In this document: in pieces, positions 26,501 through 36,414 of the stretch
Numbering within the stretch: position 1 is the first letter of the stretch
How the letters are laid out: every line of letters starts with the position of its first letter
IMG/VR virus record: IMGVR_UViG_3300043449_001175
Coordinates: 35,139 to 99,138 of that record
Direction: 5' to 3' (one strand)
DNA length: 64,000 bases
Origin: a virus
Program-made: the position numbers and the translations under genes
The notes under the pieces: generated by a model
What the model was told of the DNA's origin: nothing
The model's input: only the letters and a program-made list of their open reading frames with translations
Databases searched by the model: none

Positions 26501-28459
26501 AAACCAATTGAAAAAAATTCTGAACCAACTTCAACTGCAACTGAAAATAGTGCTGCAAACAACGCAGCTGGAAAACCAAACACAGGACAAAAACCAGGTC
26601 AAACTAATACTGTTGTAAATCAACAACCGCAAAAAGATTTATATAAAGGTGCGTCTAAAAAACTATTAAGATACTTGTTAAATGAGTGTGATTATTTTGA
26701 AGTTTTAAAAGCTGAAAATCCATTTATTTATGACTCAATTAAAGAAAAAATAAAATATTTCCAACCAGCATTTCACTCAACAACACCTGAAGGATTAAAC
26801 TCACGTTTAACTTTCTTACAACAATGTATGAGACCTGGTGAAACGATTCCAACTATAGGAACCAATGGTGAAAAACTTTATAATGATGCTTTAAACACAT
26901 CATTTGGTGCACCACCAATTATGGTTTTACGTATTGGTGATTTTTACAATACTAAAGTTGTTCCAACATCTTTAAGTTTTTCATATGACAAAACTTTTGA
27001 TATGAATCCTGAAGGTATTGGATTCCAACCAATGATTGTTGATGTTAACTTATCTTTTAACTTTGTTGGTGGTTCAGGATTAGCAACACCGATTGACACA
27101 TTACAAAACGCATTGTCATTTAATTACTATGCTAATACAGAAATGTATGATGAAAGAGCTGAAGCTACGGAGGATACATCTAAGTTAGATAAAGAAATTG
27201 TTCAAGCATTAATAAATAATCCACCTGTTGTTGGTGTTGCAAATGTTCAAAATGATAAAACAAATGATGGTGGAAACACAATAGGTGTTTCATCAATTAC
27301 AGGATTAACCGACAGTGGACAAACAGGAACAATTGAATACGCAACATTTACTAATAGATTTGTAGACAAAACTAAAGCATATTACAATGGTGTTATGAAC
27401 ACAATGGATAATATGTTGTTAAATTACAATTATGGTGTTCTTTCAATTTTGAATTATGGTGGTGATAATCAAGGTTATAATACGGGTTCTTTTAATTCTT
27501 CCGTATCAACCACAACATTAATTTATGGTAAGCCAGTTAACACTCAGAAATATGTTGACCAATCTTTTAAAGAATTGTTAAAGGACATTGATGATGATAG
27601 ATTACCAATATTTACATCTGGTGATTTTACAAAATCTATTATTACATCAGCACAAAAAAGATTATTCAAGAAAAACTACTCAAACTATGTTAAAACATAT
27701 AGTAGTAGTTTTTTAAATACGGTAACTTTTGATGTAAATACGTTAACCCAATTACAACAAGATTATGTTTACAATGTTGATAGAATGAATTTTGTCGCCA
27801 GTGGAACTACTATTGGTCATGATGGTAAGTTAAATGAAAAAGGTATTGCGATTATTTATACTACTACAGGTCAAACAGAAACCGTTAATGGTAGTCCTAT
27901 AGACACTTTAACATCTCTTAGAAATGATTATACTTCTATAGCAACCAATAATAATCAGTTCTTGACCGACTTAACCGCGGCACAACTTTATGTGACTAAT
28001 TCATACAAACCTGAAACACCCGGTGTCTTTACTCCACCAACAGGGTATGATTTCTTATCAACACCTGAAAAAACAAGAGAATATCTATTGATGTCAAGAG
28101 CGTTAACAATTGAATCGTTGAGAGATACTTTCTTAAATGCTTTACAAGAAGGTTTAGATGTTTACACTAAACAAGCAGTTGAATCATATTACCGTACAAG
28201 TGCAAATTCTTTACTTATTGAGTGGGGTAAGTTAAATAAATTAGGACTTGATTTAATGGTAACATTTAAAAGTAGTGCTACGGGTAAAAACTATGTTGAT
28301 TATACACCCGCATTTGGTACAACACAAAAAAGAATTGTTGATTTTAGTGAAGACCCAACAGCTTCAAATGACCTTAAAAAACAATTACAAGATATTTACG
28401 CAAATAAGAACAATAGTTCAAATATAAACCCATATAATTTTAAGAGAAAATTTAAATAA
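23600..28459 (+). CDS. Large baseplate/tail-tube-initiator protein with an inserted OmpA-C-like domain
   Basis: FLGRPEPIYTYKNTSRSG and PPIMVLRIGDFYNTKVV tube-initiator-like segments flank FYFDND...YNEKLAARRGESV...ARGE...AMACR. Confidence 0.6.
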   Translation: MPSRLSFSATKLKRDELLLRNLKPYNKPGVYTPVGSPGVNEYIRSDYSVIDSPDALIDADPYADTLYTNNVFGPLGGYNKDISGLINTQQTLSNQGPYTQTPPYTEALQLYSVSFQKRQYIKNVYSPGNQYTYYDMGDVIKVQKNATYWDPPSFRPSSYSPFSVLLQADPVGDNGLASDDSELARLGVKGAKQSFQYRVDQNVRTQTLGRANILNGVKDPVNLSLILAGKQPLIYRDWKITSGGGNIISQGQDIVQRIAGFTLPFSPIPGSYYEQRDINSTQSAIRAAGNGKRGGLFGLFGSRPTSPSQVFLDYTGSGQRAQLTQNLDMNRFRPQYNTGGTGILSALGNAITGAVANNASQGTYYVGSPEREPGYLTSPPGEVPIDPFGAQVLAPVYGPDVLGKEYEGVDKDFKFGLAGKPFVDDGSIVGGFSWVSQKWAPNAGRYQKPGGDYGEQDPAYPSISNQFTETQSIKYEYKPGSILDDTQRLIDSQPNSGARFGHVGNAIDQTSKVFFDGYKEITKGSQIIKYSDGQANVGIEYCRVFTKDTPYYTFNNLQKRDGNIRKFSYSVMDSTFNINIAPEKGGDSIVNGKVKKYMFSIENLAWRTGYRAGYRVDDLPACEKGPNGGRVMWFPPYDLSFTEDTRPSFNETTFLGRPEPIYTYKNTSRSGTLKWKMIVDHPSILNLIVNKVLANEGDRQKVDSIVDSFFAGCKKYDLYELAKIYNTVPLTDLQAWQEIITNPNATNENIVAASKATNTSATNSLQDGGTTDDATGNPTLNEYNGFGFYFDNDIPSPTAVAYQTTYSNYTSTSNKQLYKNNSGDAQVTTQFFDGVIEDNYSQIKEMAQKMYNILSQKQASSIVVTLEASASPSAPKEYNEKLAARRGESVIEFFKTYSFGANNNSLGQFIGSTLSFNTIARGEATSVTPRGRQSYSTYNCLDDALNDEKYTTRAMACRTVLLKNVEVKPIEKNSEPTSTATENSAANNAAGKPNTGQKPGQTNTVVNQQPQKDLYKGASKKLLRYLLNECDYFEVLKAENPFIYDSIKEKIKYFQPAFHSTTPEGLNSRLTFLQQCMRPGETIPTIGTNGEKLYNDALNTSFGAPPIMVLRIGDFYNTKVVPTSLSFSYDKTFDMNPEGIGFQPMIVDVNLSFNFVGGSGLATPIDTLQNALSFNYYANTEMYDERAEATEDTSKLDKEIVQALINNPPVVGVANVQNDKTNDGGNTIGVSSITGLTDSGQTGTIEYATFTNRFVDKTKAYYNGVMNTMDNMLLNYNYGVLSILNYGGDNQGYNTGSFNSSVSTTTLIYGKPVNTQKYVDQSFKELLKDIDDDRLPIFTSGDFTKSIITSAQKRLFKKNYSNYVKTYSSSFLNTVTFDVNTLTQLQQDYVYNVDRMNFVASGTTIGHDGKLNEKGIAIIYTTTGQTETVNGSPIDTLTSLRNDYTSIATNNNQFLTDLTAAQLYVTNSYKPETPGVFTPPTGYDFLSTPEKTREYLLMSRALTIESLRDTFLNALQEGLDVYTKQAVESYYRTSANSLLIEWGKLNKLGLDLMVTFKSSATGKNYVDYTPAFGTTQKRIVDFSEDPTASNDLKKQLQDIYANKNNSSNINPYNFKRKFK

Positions 28460-28779
28460 TGGATGCTTACTATAACCGATATCAACAATTTTTGATAAAT
28501 GGTGAACAAACTGTAGTTCCGTTTATACCCCTACAGTCAAAATCATCAGACCAAAGATATATCTACAGAACTGGATTTAGTAGGTTAGATAAAGTGTCTC
28601 AACAATATTATGGAACACCGTTTTTTGGTTGGTTAATATTACAAGGTAATCCTGAATATGGTGGGTTAGAGTGGAATATACCAAACAATGCAATATTGAC
28701 AATTCCTTATCCACTTATATCTTCATTACAAGACTATAAAAATGGTTTAGATAACTATTTCTTCTATTATGGCAGATAA
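28459..28779 (+). CDS. LysM-like baseplate wedge protein (T4 gp53/P2 gpX-like)
   Basis: RLDKVSQQYYGTPFFGWLILQGNP...LTIP. Confidence 0.7.
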   Translation: MDAYYNRYQQFLINGEQTVVPFIPLQSKSSDQRYIYRTGFSRLDKVSQQYYGTPFFGWLILQGNPEYGGLEWNIPNNAILTIPYPLISSLQDYKNGLDNYFFYYGR

Positions 28780-31700
28780 TTTTGGAACTACGGACAATAT
28801 CTATATTGACTCCGATTATGATAATATCTTTTTAATTGACCCAAATAAGGTTGAAAACGACCTTGGCCAACCTATAGATAGACCTATTCATCACGAAAAT
28901 CTTGTCATGTATGCTAACTTGGAAGCAAAGATGTTACCAAGAACAAAGTTGGCTGTAGGTTCAGCTCTTACAGATGCAATACAAACAACACCAATAGCCT
29001 CTATTAATTTCTTAAGACCTGGAGGTAAAACAACACTTAATAACAATTATTTAAATGAAATAACAGGTTTAAATACTGTGGATGGTAAAGGAACAAATCA
29101 ACCAAGTAAAACTAGTGTACAACAACAAAATAAGGACAATTCTTTTTATATAAAACAAAACACAATCAATAGTGAGGATACTGGTTTATTAGGTATTGAA
29201 TCAATACGTGTTAAAAACACAAGAAGTTTAACACCAACTGTTGAAATGGTTTTAATTGATACTCAAGGAAGAGCTTTATTTGAAAAGGGTGAAAACTCAG
29301 AATACGCCTGTTTTTTTAATTTACCATACCCAACTTTTTATTTAACATTAAAAGGTTTTTATGGTAAAGCAATAAAATACCAACTTATATTAACTAATTT
29401 TTCAGCGGCTTTTGAAGGAAATACTGGAAACTATAGAATTAATTTAACCTTTTATTCTTACAAATATACTATTTTAGCTGAAACTCAAGTAGGAGCTTTG
29501 TTCGCGGTTCCATTTATGTATACTTCAGACTATAAAGTTAATAGTACCGCGCCTAATTCACCTGGAGTAAACGCAGCTCAAACTTCTAATGGAAATCCTG
29601 ATGTTACAACAAAATCTATCAGGGTAACAAAAGGTGGACAAACAATTAGAGATGTATATAAAAGATATAAAGCTTTAGGTTTAATATCGCCAAATCTTCC
29701 AGAACTTTCATTCCCTGAATTAAGAGCAAGATTAGATTCCTTAGAACAAAATTTACAAAGAAGTTTTGGTCAAACAGATTTTACACCATTGTCTGATTGT
29801 GATACGTATTTTAAATTGTTAACAAATCTTAGAGATAGTGTATTATCGAATGATGATACAAGTTGGTTTAAGAGATATGTTGACCAAGATAAATTTTTCG
29901 CGTTAAATCCAAATGTTGTTGGTGGTAAAACAAATGTTCTAACATACATTTATAATACTAATACAAGAAGTAGTACTCAATTGCAAATTGATGCGTATTC
30001 ACAATTAAAACAATTGGTGGATAGTTTTAAAGCTGATTTGGCTAAAAATAAAACATTAGGTCCTGACACAGGAACATTTACAATTGATGGTAAAAAACAA
30101 ACATCACAAGTTACAAAAATTAATAATTTAAAAATTGATGCTAATACTACAGATACAAACATAACATTAAGTTCAGATTCTGTTAGAAAAAGATTAAATT
30201 CTAGTGATATTAATTGGGCGGAAACATTTAAAATTAGAAGAAAAAGAGAGGCACAAAATCAAAAAGAAATTGATGATTTAGAAAAAGAAGAAAGTATTTT
30301 TTTCCAACCCTTTGAAATACAAACAACTCCAACAGTATTACCAACATACAATTTTGTGTTTGATGGTCCTGGTAACTTTTCAGAGATTATTGATAAAACA
30401 TTTGAAGATTTATCAGGACAAAAAGAAAAAATTGTTCTTGCTTTAAATGAGTTTTTATCTAAAAAAATTGAGGGTAATGATGGTTTAGGATTTAAACCAA
30501 CGATGAGAAATATTATGGCTATGATATTTGCATCGGTTGAAGCTTTTTATAGGTTAATGGATGATGTTCATACTCAGGCTTGGAGTCAAAGATTAAATCC
30601 AATTAGAAAAAACGCTGTTTACGATAATACTAAATCATCGGTTAGTAGTGATAGTAAAAATTTAGTACAACAAACGGCACAAAATAGTTTAAAAGATATC
30701 CCTGTATATCCATGGCCACAATATTTTGTAGAAACAAATGATTCTGAGGGAGAACGATTTGAATTGAGATATCCTGGTGACCCTTCAGAAGTTTCAAAAA
30801 CAAGAGCCAATAATTATGAAGTTTGGCCTGAGGTTGAGTTTGTAGAAGAATATATCAAAGGATTAGCGCAAAGAGCTAGTATTGATATGGGTCCAAATGG
30901 TAGTAATAATGAGGGTAGTGTTATTAGTAGAATTACGGTAAACGCTGTTGAATTTCCAACAACAAATATACCATATAGTGATTACGACACTGTTAAATTT
31001 ATTTATGAAATTTATGAAAGAATTCTATTAGCTACTTATTGGGATAGGTTATCCACATCAGGTGCAAAACAACTATCAGTTTATAACACTTTATCAGATT
31101 TGGAAGTATCTAATATTAGAACAGCATTAGAGTCAACAAGTCCAAGCCTTACAAAGATATTAAAAAATTATGCGTTAACACCACAAAATTTCCCAATTAT
31201 TCTTAGAAACATTTCAAATAATGGTACTGGTACTAGTTGGCAACAGTTTATCAGAGGTGAGTTTACTTCTGAATATTTAAGGACAATAACTAATAATGAT
31301 TTTGCGATTTTAAATAATTCATTTATTAAGTCTAAACCGACTACTAATAAGAATATTCAAACACTAAATAATTTATCTAACTATATTAAATCATCAACTT
31401 CGACACAAACAAACATAATGGATGTTTACCCATTTGTTAATGTTGATTGGCAAAATAAAAATTTGGCAAATGTTAAAGTATCAAAAGGAAATGTTTTTGA
31501 TACGACAAAAAGTTTGTTTTTAAATGATACTCAAAGATATATTACAAACTATCAAAATCCTGATTCTCTTAATGAAAATAGACCATTTGTTAATAATTGT
31601 TTCATTCAACCACTAACAACACCACAACCAACATTAACGATTGGTGGTTCGGGAAATCTTACAGGTACGGCACCGGTAGGAGCGTTAGCGGCTTTTAATC

Positions 31701-34700
31701 AGTTTTATAGTGAAAGACGATTAAATAATAGTCTTTTAGTTACTGAAGGTCCCATAAATTACCAAAACAAAACAGGAAATGTTGATGTATTACAAACAAC
31801 ATCAATGTTAAACACACCTTTCTTTATCAATGCGTTACAAGATGGTGTTGAAAAAGACCGAGCAAATACAAATACAACACCTTACGTTTTACCAGCCTAT
31901 TTGTTTTTAAATTCTTTACCATTGGCAACTTTGAGTGAAAAATATAAAAATATTACAACAACTAATGTTACAGATTTAGATTATATCTTTACGACATTAA
32001 CAAAATATGGTGGTGTCCACAAATTACCATATGCTTGGATTATAAAATATGGTTCTATATGGCATCGTTATAAAAAATATATTGAAACTAATGTTGATAT
32101 ATTAGATACGGTTTGGAAAGATGTTAATATTGCAAATCTTTATGACCCAGTTTCTTCGTCATTACAAAAACAATATACGTTTACATCTTTGACTGAGAAT
32201 TACAATATTGTTGGTCAGGATACAATATCACAACCACCTTTAACATTATCACAAGTACAAATGAATCTTGGGTTTTATCCTAAAATTATTAACGATACTT
32301 ATTTTTTAGTTACAGGTCAAGATTTATTAACAGGATATACTAACACAGATATACAAACAGCTATTAATGAAGGATTGGTTGTTGGGGCAATACCACTAAC
32401 ACAAATTGCAACACAAAATGGTTATAGTTCAACCCCAAATCAAACATTAAAGTTTAACAACTTTTTTACATCATTTGAAACTCAAAATTCACCAAAGTTT
32501 AAATCAAACCAACAATATAAAACTTTGTTGATGCCAAGTTTTGGTACAATTTATAATCAAGTAGTTGCGGAATGTTTTGGAGATACTATAACAGGTTTAA
32601 CCCAAACACAAGAGGTACAAAATAACAAGGCGGTCTTTAATGGTTCTGTTAGACCATTTTGGGCAGCACCAAATTTCGGATACTTTGAATTATCAAGTAT
32701 TAAAAAACCTATGTATAATGAATACATGAAGGAAATTAATCCCGAAACATCAATTCAAGATGTTGTCAAATTTGGACAAACATATTCAAAAATTGATGAT
32801 GTTTTTGGTACATTCAAGGCAGAGATTTTAGATTCTTTTGAATTAGAGTTTTTAAATTTTTCAAAATCATTTACAGATTTAACGTCTGAAGATTTGTCGG
32901 ATTCAAATTATGCGAATAGAAACTTTCAAGGATTAATGTCACAAATGTTATTGGTTCCAACAATTACATTAACAAGTAGTTTAGACCAATATGTAACAGA
33001 TTGTGGAAACGCTCAATTAAAACAAGCCAATACTGTTGTACAATCTTTTGTAAACTATGACGTTGTGTTTAAATATGGAAACCCAAGTAATTTTAATAGA
33101 CGTGTTTTTGGTACTTTTACAACATTAGACACAATAAGTTTTAATAAAGTTGTTGACCCATATCCATATAATGCTTATGTACAAAACAGTTTACCGGTTA
33201 CCAACGGTCCTGTGACACAGATAACATTAGTACAATCTAAATTGGCTTATCCCGAAGCTTGGAAAGCTATGGAAACTTATGTTGGATTTGCAACAACAAC
33301 AGGGTTAACCTATTCAAATTCAGGTAGTTATTATACAGACTTCTTTCCAACATTAAATGTTGAATTTACTGAAGGTAATGTTAAAAACTTTTCATCCCTT
33401 ATAAAAATATTTGGAACACAAAAATCATTAAATAATGGTGTTTATACTAATACAGATTTTATAACGGCAATTAACAATTATTATGTAAATAATGATGAAT
33501 ATTTAAATTATGTTTTAGGTCAGTTAATGTTTACGTTACAAAAAGAATTACCTGATGTAACACAAACAACTGAAAAACCAATATTATCTGCGGTTGATGG
33601 TTTACAACCAAAAATTGAACTTTATGATGCGTTTAAAGCATTTAACGATAAATGGATTGCAGGTAGTGAATTTAAAGATAGAACTTTATATCAAGACGTT
33701 ATGTTTTTAGATAGAGCTAACAGAGACATTGGTGATAAGGTGTTAGTTGATGTTTATAAATTAAAAGATTTCTTTTCAGGTACAACATCACTTAATACAA
33801 GAATTATTGATTTTGTTAGTAGAATTATTGCTGACAACCAATTTCAAATGATGCCACTACCGGCATATATGAATTTTTGGGGTGCTGGTGAAGTTACACA
33901 AGGTGCTCCACCAAGAACTGAAACTTCTAATAATTTAGCAAATTCACTATTTGGTACGTTTTTAGATGTTGATTATAGAGAATCACAACCAAAGTTTGTT
34001 TGTTACTACGCAGGAAAACCAAGTGAACATTTGGATATGAGGGAAAATGCCGATTATAGATGGAGAAGTGATGCTTTTGATTTATCAAGGTCATCTGACA
34101 ACCCATTGGCTACAGGTCAAAAAAGTACAAAAACAGATTGGGCCCAATCAAATAAGGTTGTTGGTTTTAATGTTGATTTTGGAATTAGAAATCAAAGTGT
34201 ATTTTATAGTATACAACTTGACCAAAACAATGCCGCTGCGACAACTGAAGCTAATAGAGTTATAACGGACATGGGTAACCAAGCTGGTGGTAGGAGAACG
34301 AATACACAAAACGTTAGTTTGTATAATTTATATAAAAACAGAAGTTATGAATGTAGAGTAGAATCAATGGGTAACGCCATGATTCAACCAACAATGTATT
34401 TTAACTTAAGAAACGTACCAATGTTTAGAGGTCCGTATATGATTCAATCGGTTGAACATACAATTAGTGCTGGTGAGTTTAAAACATTCTTTAGTGGTGT
34501 TAGAATGCCAATATATTCATTACCTTTAATTACAAAACAATTAGTTTCAATTAACGCCAATTTATTAGGACAATTAGTACAAATCTTAAAAAGACAAAAA
34601 GAAACTGAAGTTGCTGCGACACAACCAACAATAAATGTTATTACTATTGGTAATAGTGTCCAAGATAATGTTAAATATTCATCTGGTTTCATATCACAAT

Positions 34701-35377
34701 GTCAAGCAGATATGTTAACAACAAATCCAAGATATCGAAATTATGTTGGTATTGATGAAAATACCCAACAATCAATATCATTTGCCGACTTGTCGAAAAT
34801 AATAAGAGACAATGTCACATCTGGTCCTGCAAGAGCAATGGTATTATTTACTGCGTATGTTAATGGTCATGATGATAATTCTGTGTATACATTTAATTTT
34901 GATTTAGGTAATACACCATTAGGTGGTTCAACATTCCCAAAACAAATTAACTATGGTGGTAGAGAAAAATATTTTCAAAAACAATTTGGTTGTAAGATTA
35001 ACCAAAATGGATATGGTGAACCAAGTGCAGTATTTACAACTGGTACATCTGGTGAGTCATTTACAAATTCTGTTAAATTTATAAATGATTATTATCTTAA
35101 TGAACAAGTATTATCAAAAAGTTTACTGTTTGCACCATTGTTAATAGTAAATGACCAAAATCAACAAGTTTTATCACCACCAAAATGGGTAACAAAAAAA
35201 GATTATATTGATAATATGTATCAAATTTGGATTAGATATTGGCCACAAAACAGATTTCAAACAAACGAAGATTATGAAAAATGGGAAAAGGCCAATGCAA
35301 ATATGGGAAAAACGTTTATAACTGCAGCTGAAAATGTGGCTGAATTATTATCCAAATACAAACTTGTTAACTTTTAA
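28769..35377 (+). CDS. Very large baseplate hub protein (gp27/late control D/VgrG-like fold elements)
   Basis: N-terminal LGIESIRV...PYPTFYLTLKGFYGK. C-terminal YECRVESMGNAMIQP...GPYMIQSVEHTISAGEFKTFFSGVR. Confidence 0.6.
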   Translation: MADNFGTTDNIYIDSDYDNIFLIDPNKVENDLGQPIDRPIHHENLVMYANLEAKMLPRTKLAVGSALTDAIQTTPIASINFLRPGGKTTLNNNYLNEITGLNTVDGKGTNQPSKTSVQQQNKDNSFYIKQNTINSEDTGLLGIESIRVKNTRSLTPTVEMVLIDTQGRALFEKGENSEYACFFNLPYPTFYLTLKGFYGKAIKYQLILTNFSAAFEGNTGNYRINLTFYSYKYTILAETQVGALFAVPFMYTSDYKVNSTAPNSPGVNAAQTSNGNPDVTTKSIRVTKGGQTIRDVYKRYKALGLISPNLPELSFPELRARLDSLEQNLQRSFGQTDFTPLSDCDTYFKLLTNLRDSVLSNDDTSWFKRYVDQDKFFALNPNVVGGKTNVLTYIYNTNTRSSTQLQIDAYSQLKQLVDSFKADLAKNKTLGPDTGTFTIDGKKQTSQVTKINNLKIDANTTDTNITLSSDSVRKRLNSSDINWAETFKIRRKREAQNQKEIDDLEKEESIFFQPFEIQTTPTVLPTYNFVFDGPGNFSEIIDKTFEDLSGQKEKIVLALNEFLSKKIEGNDGLGFKPTMRNIMAMIFASVEAFYRLMDDVHTQAWSQRLNPIRKNAVYDNTKSSVSSDSKNLVQQTAQNSLKDIPVYPWPQYFVETNDSEGERFELRYPGDPSEVSKTRANNYEVWPEVEFVEEYIKGLAQRASIDMGPNGSNNEGSVISRITVNAVEFPTTNIPYSDYDTVKFIYEIYERILLATYWDRLSTSGAKQLSVYNTLSDLEVSNIRTALESTSPSLTKILKNYALTPQNFPIILRNISNNGTGTSWQQFIRGEFTSEYLRTITNNDFAILNNSFIKSKPTTNKNIQTLNNLSNYIKSSTSTQTNIMDVYPFVNVDWQNKNLANVKVSKGNVFDTTKSLFLNDTQRYITNYQNPDSLNENRPFVNNCFIQPLTTPQPTLTIGGSGNLTGTAPVGALAAFNQFYSERRLNNSLLVTEGPINYQNKTGNVDVLQTTSMLNTPFFINALQDGVEKDRANTNTTPYVLPAYLFLNSLPLATLSEKYKNITTTNVTDLDYIFTTLTKYGGVHKLPYAWIIKYGSIWHRYKKYIETNVDILDTVWKDVNIANLYDPVSSSLQKQYTFTSLTENYNIVGQDTISQPPLTLSQVQMNLGFYPKIINDTYFLVTGQDLLTGYTNTDIQTAINEGLVVGAIPLTQIATQNGYSSTPNQTLKFNNFFTSFETQNSPKFKSNQQYKTLLMPSFGTIYNQVVAECFGDTITGLTQTQEVQNNKAVFNGSVRPFWAAPNFGYFELSSIKKPMYNEYMKEINPETSIQDVVKFGQTYSKIDDVFGTFKAEILDSFELEFLNFSKSFTDLTSEDLSDSNYANRNFQGLMSQMLLVPTITLTSSLDQYVTDCGNAQLKQANTVVQSFVNYDVVFKYGNPSNFNRRVFGTFTTLDTISFNKVVDPYPYNAYVQNSLPVTNGPVTQITLVQSKLAYPEAWKAMETYVGFATTTGLTYSNSGSYYTDFFPTLNVEFTEGNVKNFSSLIKIFGTQKSLNNGVYTNTDFITAINNYYVNNDEYLNYVLGQLMFTLQKELPDVTQTTEKPILSAVDGLQPKIELYDAFKAFNDKWIAGSEFKDRTLYQDVMFLDRANRDIGDKVLVDVYKLKDFFSGTTSLNTRIIDFVSRIIADNQFQMMPLPAYMNFWGAGEVTQGAPPRTETSNNLANSLFGTFLDVDYRESQPKFVCYYAGKPSEHLDMRENADYRWRSDAFDLSRSSDNPLATGQKSTKTDWAQSNKVVGFNVDFGIRNQSVFYSIQLDQNNAAATTEANRVITDMGNQAGGRRTNTQNVSLYNLYKNRSYECRVESMGNAMIQPTMYFNLRNVPMFRGPYMIQSVEHTISAGEFKTFFSGVRMPIYSLPLITKQLVSINANLLGQLVQILKRQKETEVAATQPTINVITIGNSVQDNVKYSSGFISQCQADMLTTNPRYRNYVGIDENTQQSISFADLSKIIRDNVTSGPARAMVLFTAYVNGHDDNSVYTFNFDLGNTPLGGSTFPKQINYGGREKYFQKQFGCKINQNGYGEPSAVFTTGTSGESFTNSVKFINDYYLNEQVLSKSLLFAPLLIVNDQNQQVLSPPKWVTKKDYIDNMYQIWIRYWPQNRFQTNEDYEKWEKANANMGKTFITAAENVAELLSKYKLVNF

Positions 35378-35402
35378 TGATATTTATTGAGAAACTATAG
35401 TT

Positions 35403-35627
35403 ATGAATATTAAACAACATTTAGACAATTATCTTGGTAAGAACACAAGATATACAGAAAAAAATGCCGGAAATGGATTTACTGAAGTATGTGATTTAGA
35501 CACTGGTAATTGTTATACAGTTAGAGACAGAGACGGTCTTATTGAAAGAGTTGATAACACAATGAGAACAAATAAAAGAGTTCAAGTAGAAACACCACAA
35601 GGTGTTAAACAATTATTAAACGGTTAA
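35403..35627 (+). CDS. Hypothetical protein
   Basis: 74-aa ORF preceded by TATTTAT (35381). Confidence 0.6.
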   Translation: MNIKQHLDNYLGKNTRYTEKNAGNGFTEVCDLDTGNCYTVRDRDGLIERVDNTMRTNKRVQVETPQGVKQLLNG

Positions 35628-35630
35628 AAA

Positions 35631-36287
35631 ATGGCTATTGATAAAAAAATTATTGAAGAAATAAAAAGACACAATTCTATTAATAGATATATTGTAGAAC
35701 AAGATGCTTTAGGTGATTTACCAACACCACCTGCAGACCCGGCAGCACCTGCAGACCCGGCAGCACCTGCAGACCCAACATTAACAACACCACCAACAAC
35801 ACCTGAAGTTATTGATACAGAAACAGATACTGAAGTTGAAAAAATTGATAGTAACGGAAATAGTGAAGACGGTGAAAGTAGTTCTGAAGAATTGGATATT
35901 ACTGATTTAGTAAATTCACAAAAAAATATTGAAAACAAACAACAAGAATATTTTGACATGATGTTTAAACAAATTGAGGACATGCAGAGTAAATTAAATT
36001 CTATGGACCAAGTATTTGAAAAACTAAACTCAATGGAAGAAAAAATTGAACAAAGCAGACCAAAAACACCACAAGAAAAATTGGAATTGAGAAGTTTGGA
36101 CAGTGGTCCATTCCATCAAAAATTATCTGATTTTTTCCAAGACAAACAAGAAGATTTAACAAAGTCAGGAAAAAACGAATACGTATTAACTTCGGACGAA
36201 GTTGAAAATATAGTTCCTTCAGATATCAAAAAATCTTTTGACAATTATGGTGATGAACCAACAGGAACATCTTTCAAAATGAATTGA
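35631..36287 (+). CDS. Acidic coiled-coil protein, possible head-internal/scaffold-like protein
   Basis: KIIEEIKR...YIVEQ leader, PADPAA repeats, acidic linker and heptad-rich central region. Confidence 0.5.
   Translation: MAIDKKIIEEIKRHNSINRYIVEQDALGDLPTPPADPAAPADPAAPADPTLTTPPTTPEVIDTETDTEVEKIDSNGNSEDGESSSEELDITDLVNSQKNIENKQQEYFDMMFKQIEDMQSKLNSMDQVFEKLNSMEEKIEQSRPKTPQEKLELRSLDSGPFHQKLSDFFQDKQEDLTKSGKNEYVLTSDEVENIVPSDIKKSFDNYGDEPTGTSFKMN
35728..35776 (+). repeat. 18-nt tandem repeat, about 2.7 copies (CACCTGCAGACCCGGCAG; encodes PADPAA)
   Basis: Directly visible identical units. Confidence 0.95.
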
Positions 36288-36311
36288 TTTTTAACAACTT
36301 TTTACTATATT

Positions 36312-36340
36312 AAAGGGGTCACGTTGTGGCCCTTTTTTAT
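36312..36340 (+). terminator. Intrinsic terminator ending the structural operon before the SSB promoter
   Basis: AAAGGGGTCAC-GTT-GTGGCCCTTT hairpin (two G-U pairs) plus a T-run. Confidence 0.7.
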
Positions 36341-36353
36341 TTGGCGAAATAAT

Positions 36354-36382
36354 TTGACGAACAGAAAAATAACAACTATAAT
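36354..36382 (+). promoter_or_regulatory. sigma70-like promoter of the replication/recombination operon
   Basis: TTGACG (36354-36359), 17-nt spacer, TATAAT (36377-36382). Confidence 0.75.
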
Positions 36383-36414
36383 TTATAAACTAACAATCTA
36401 ATTAAACAAAAAAC

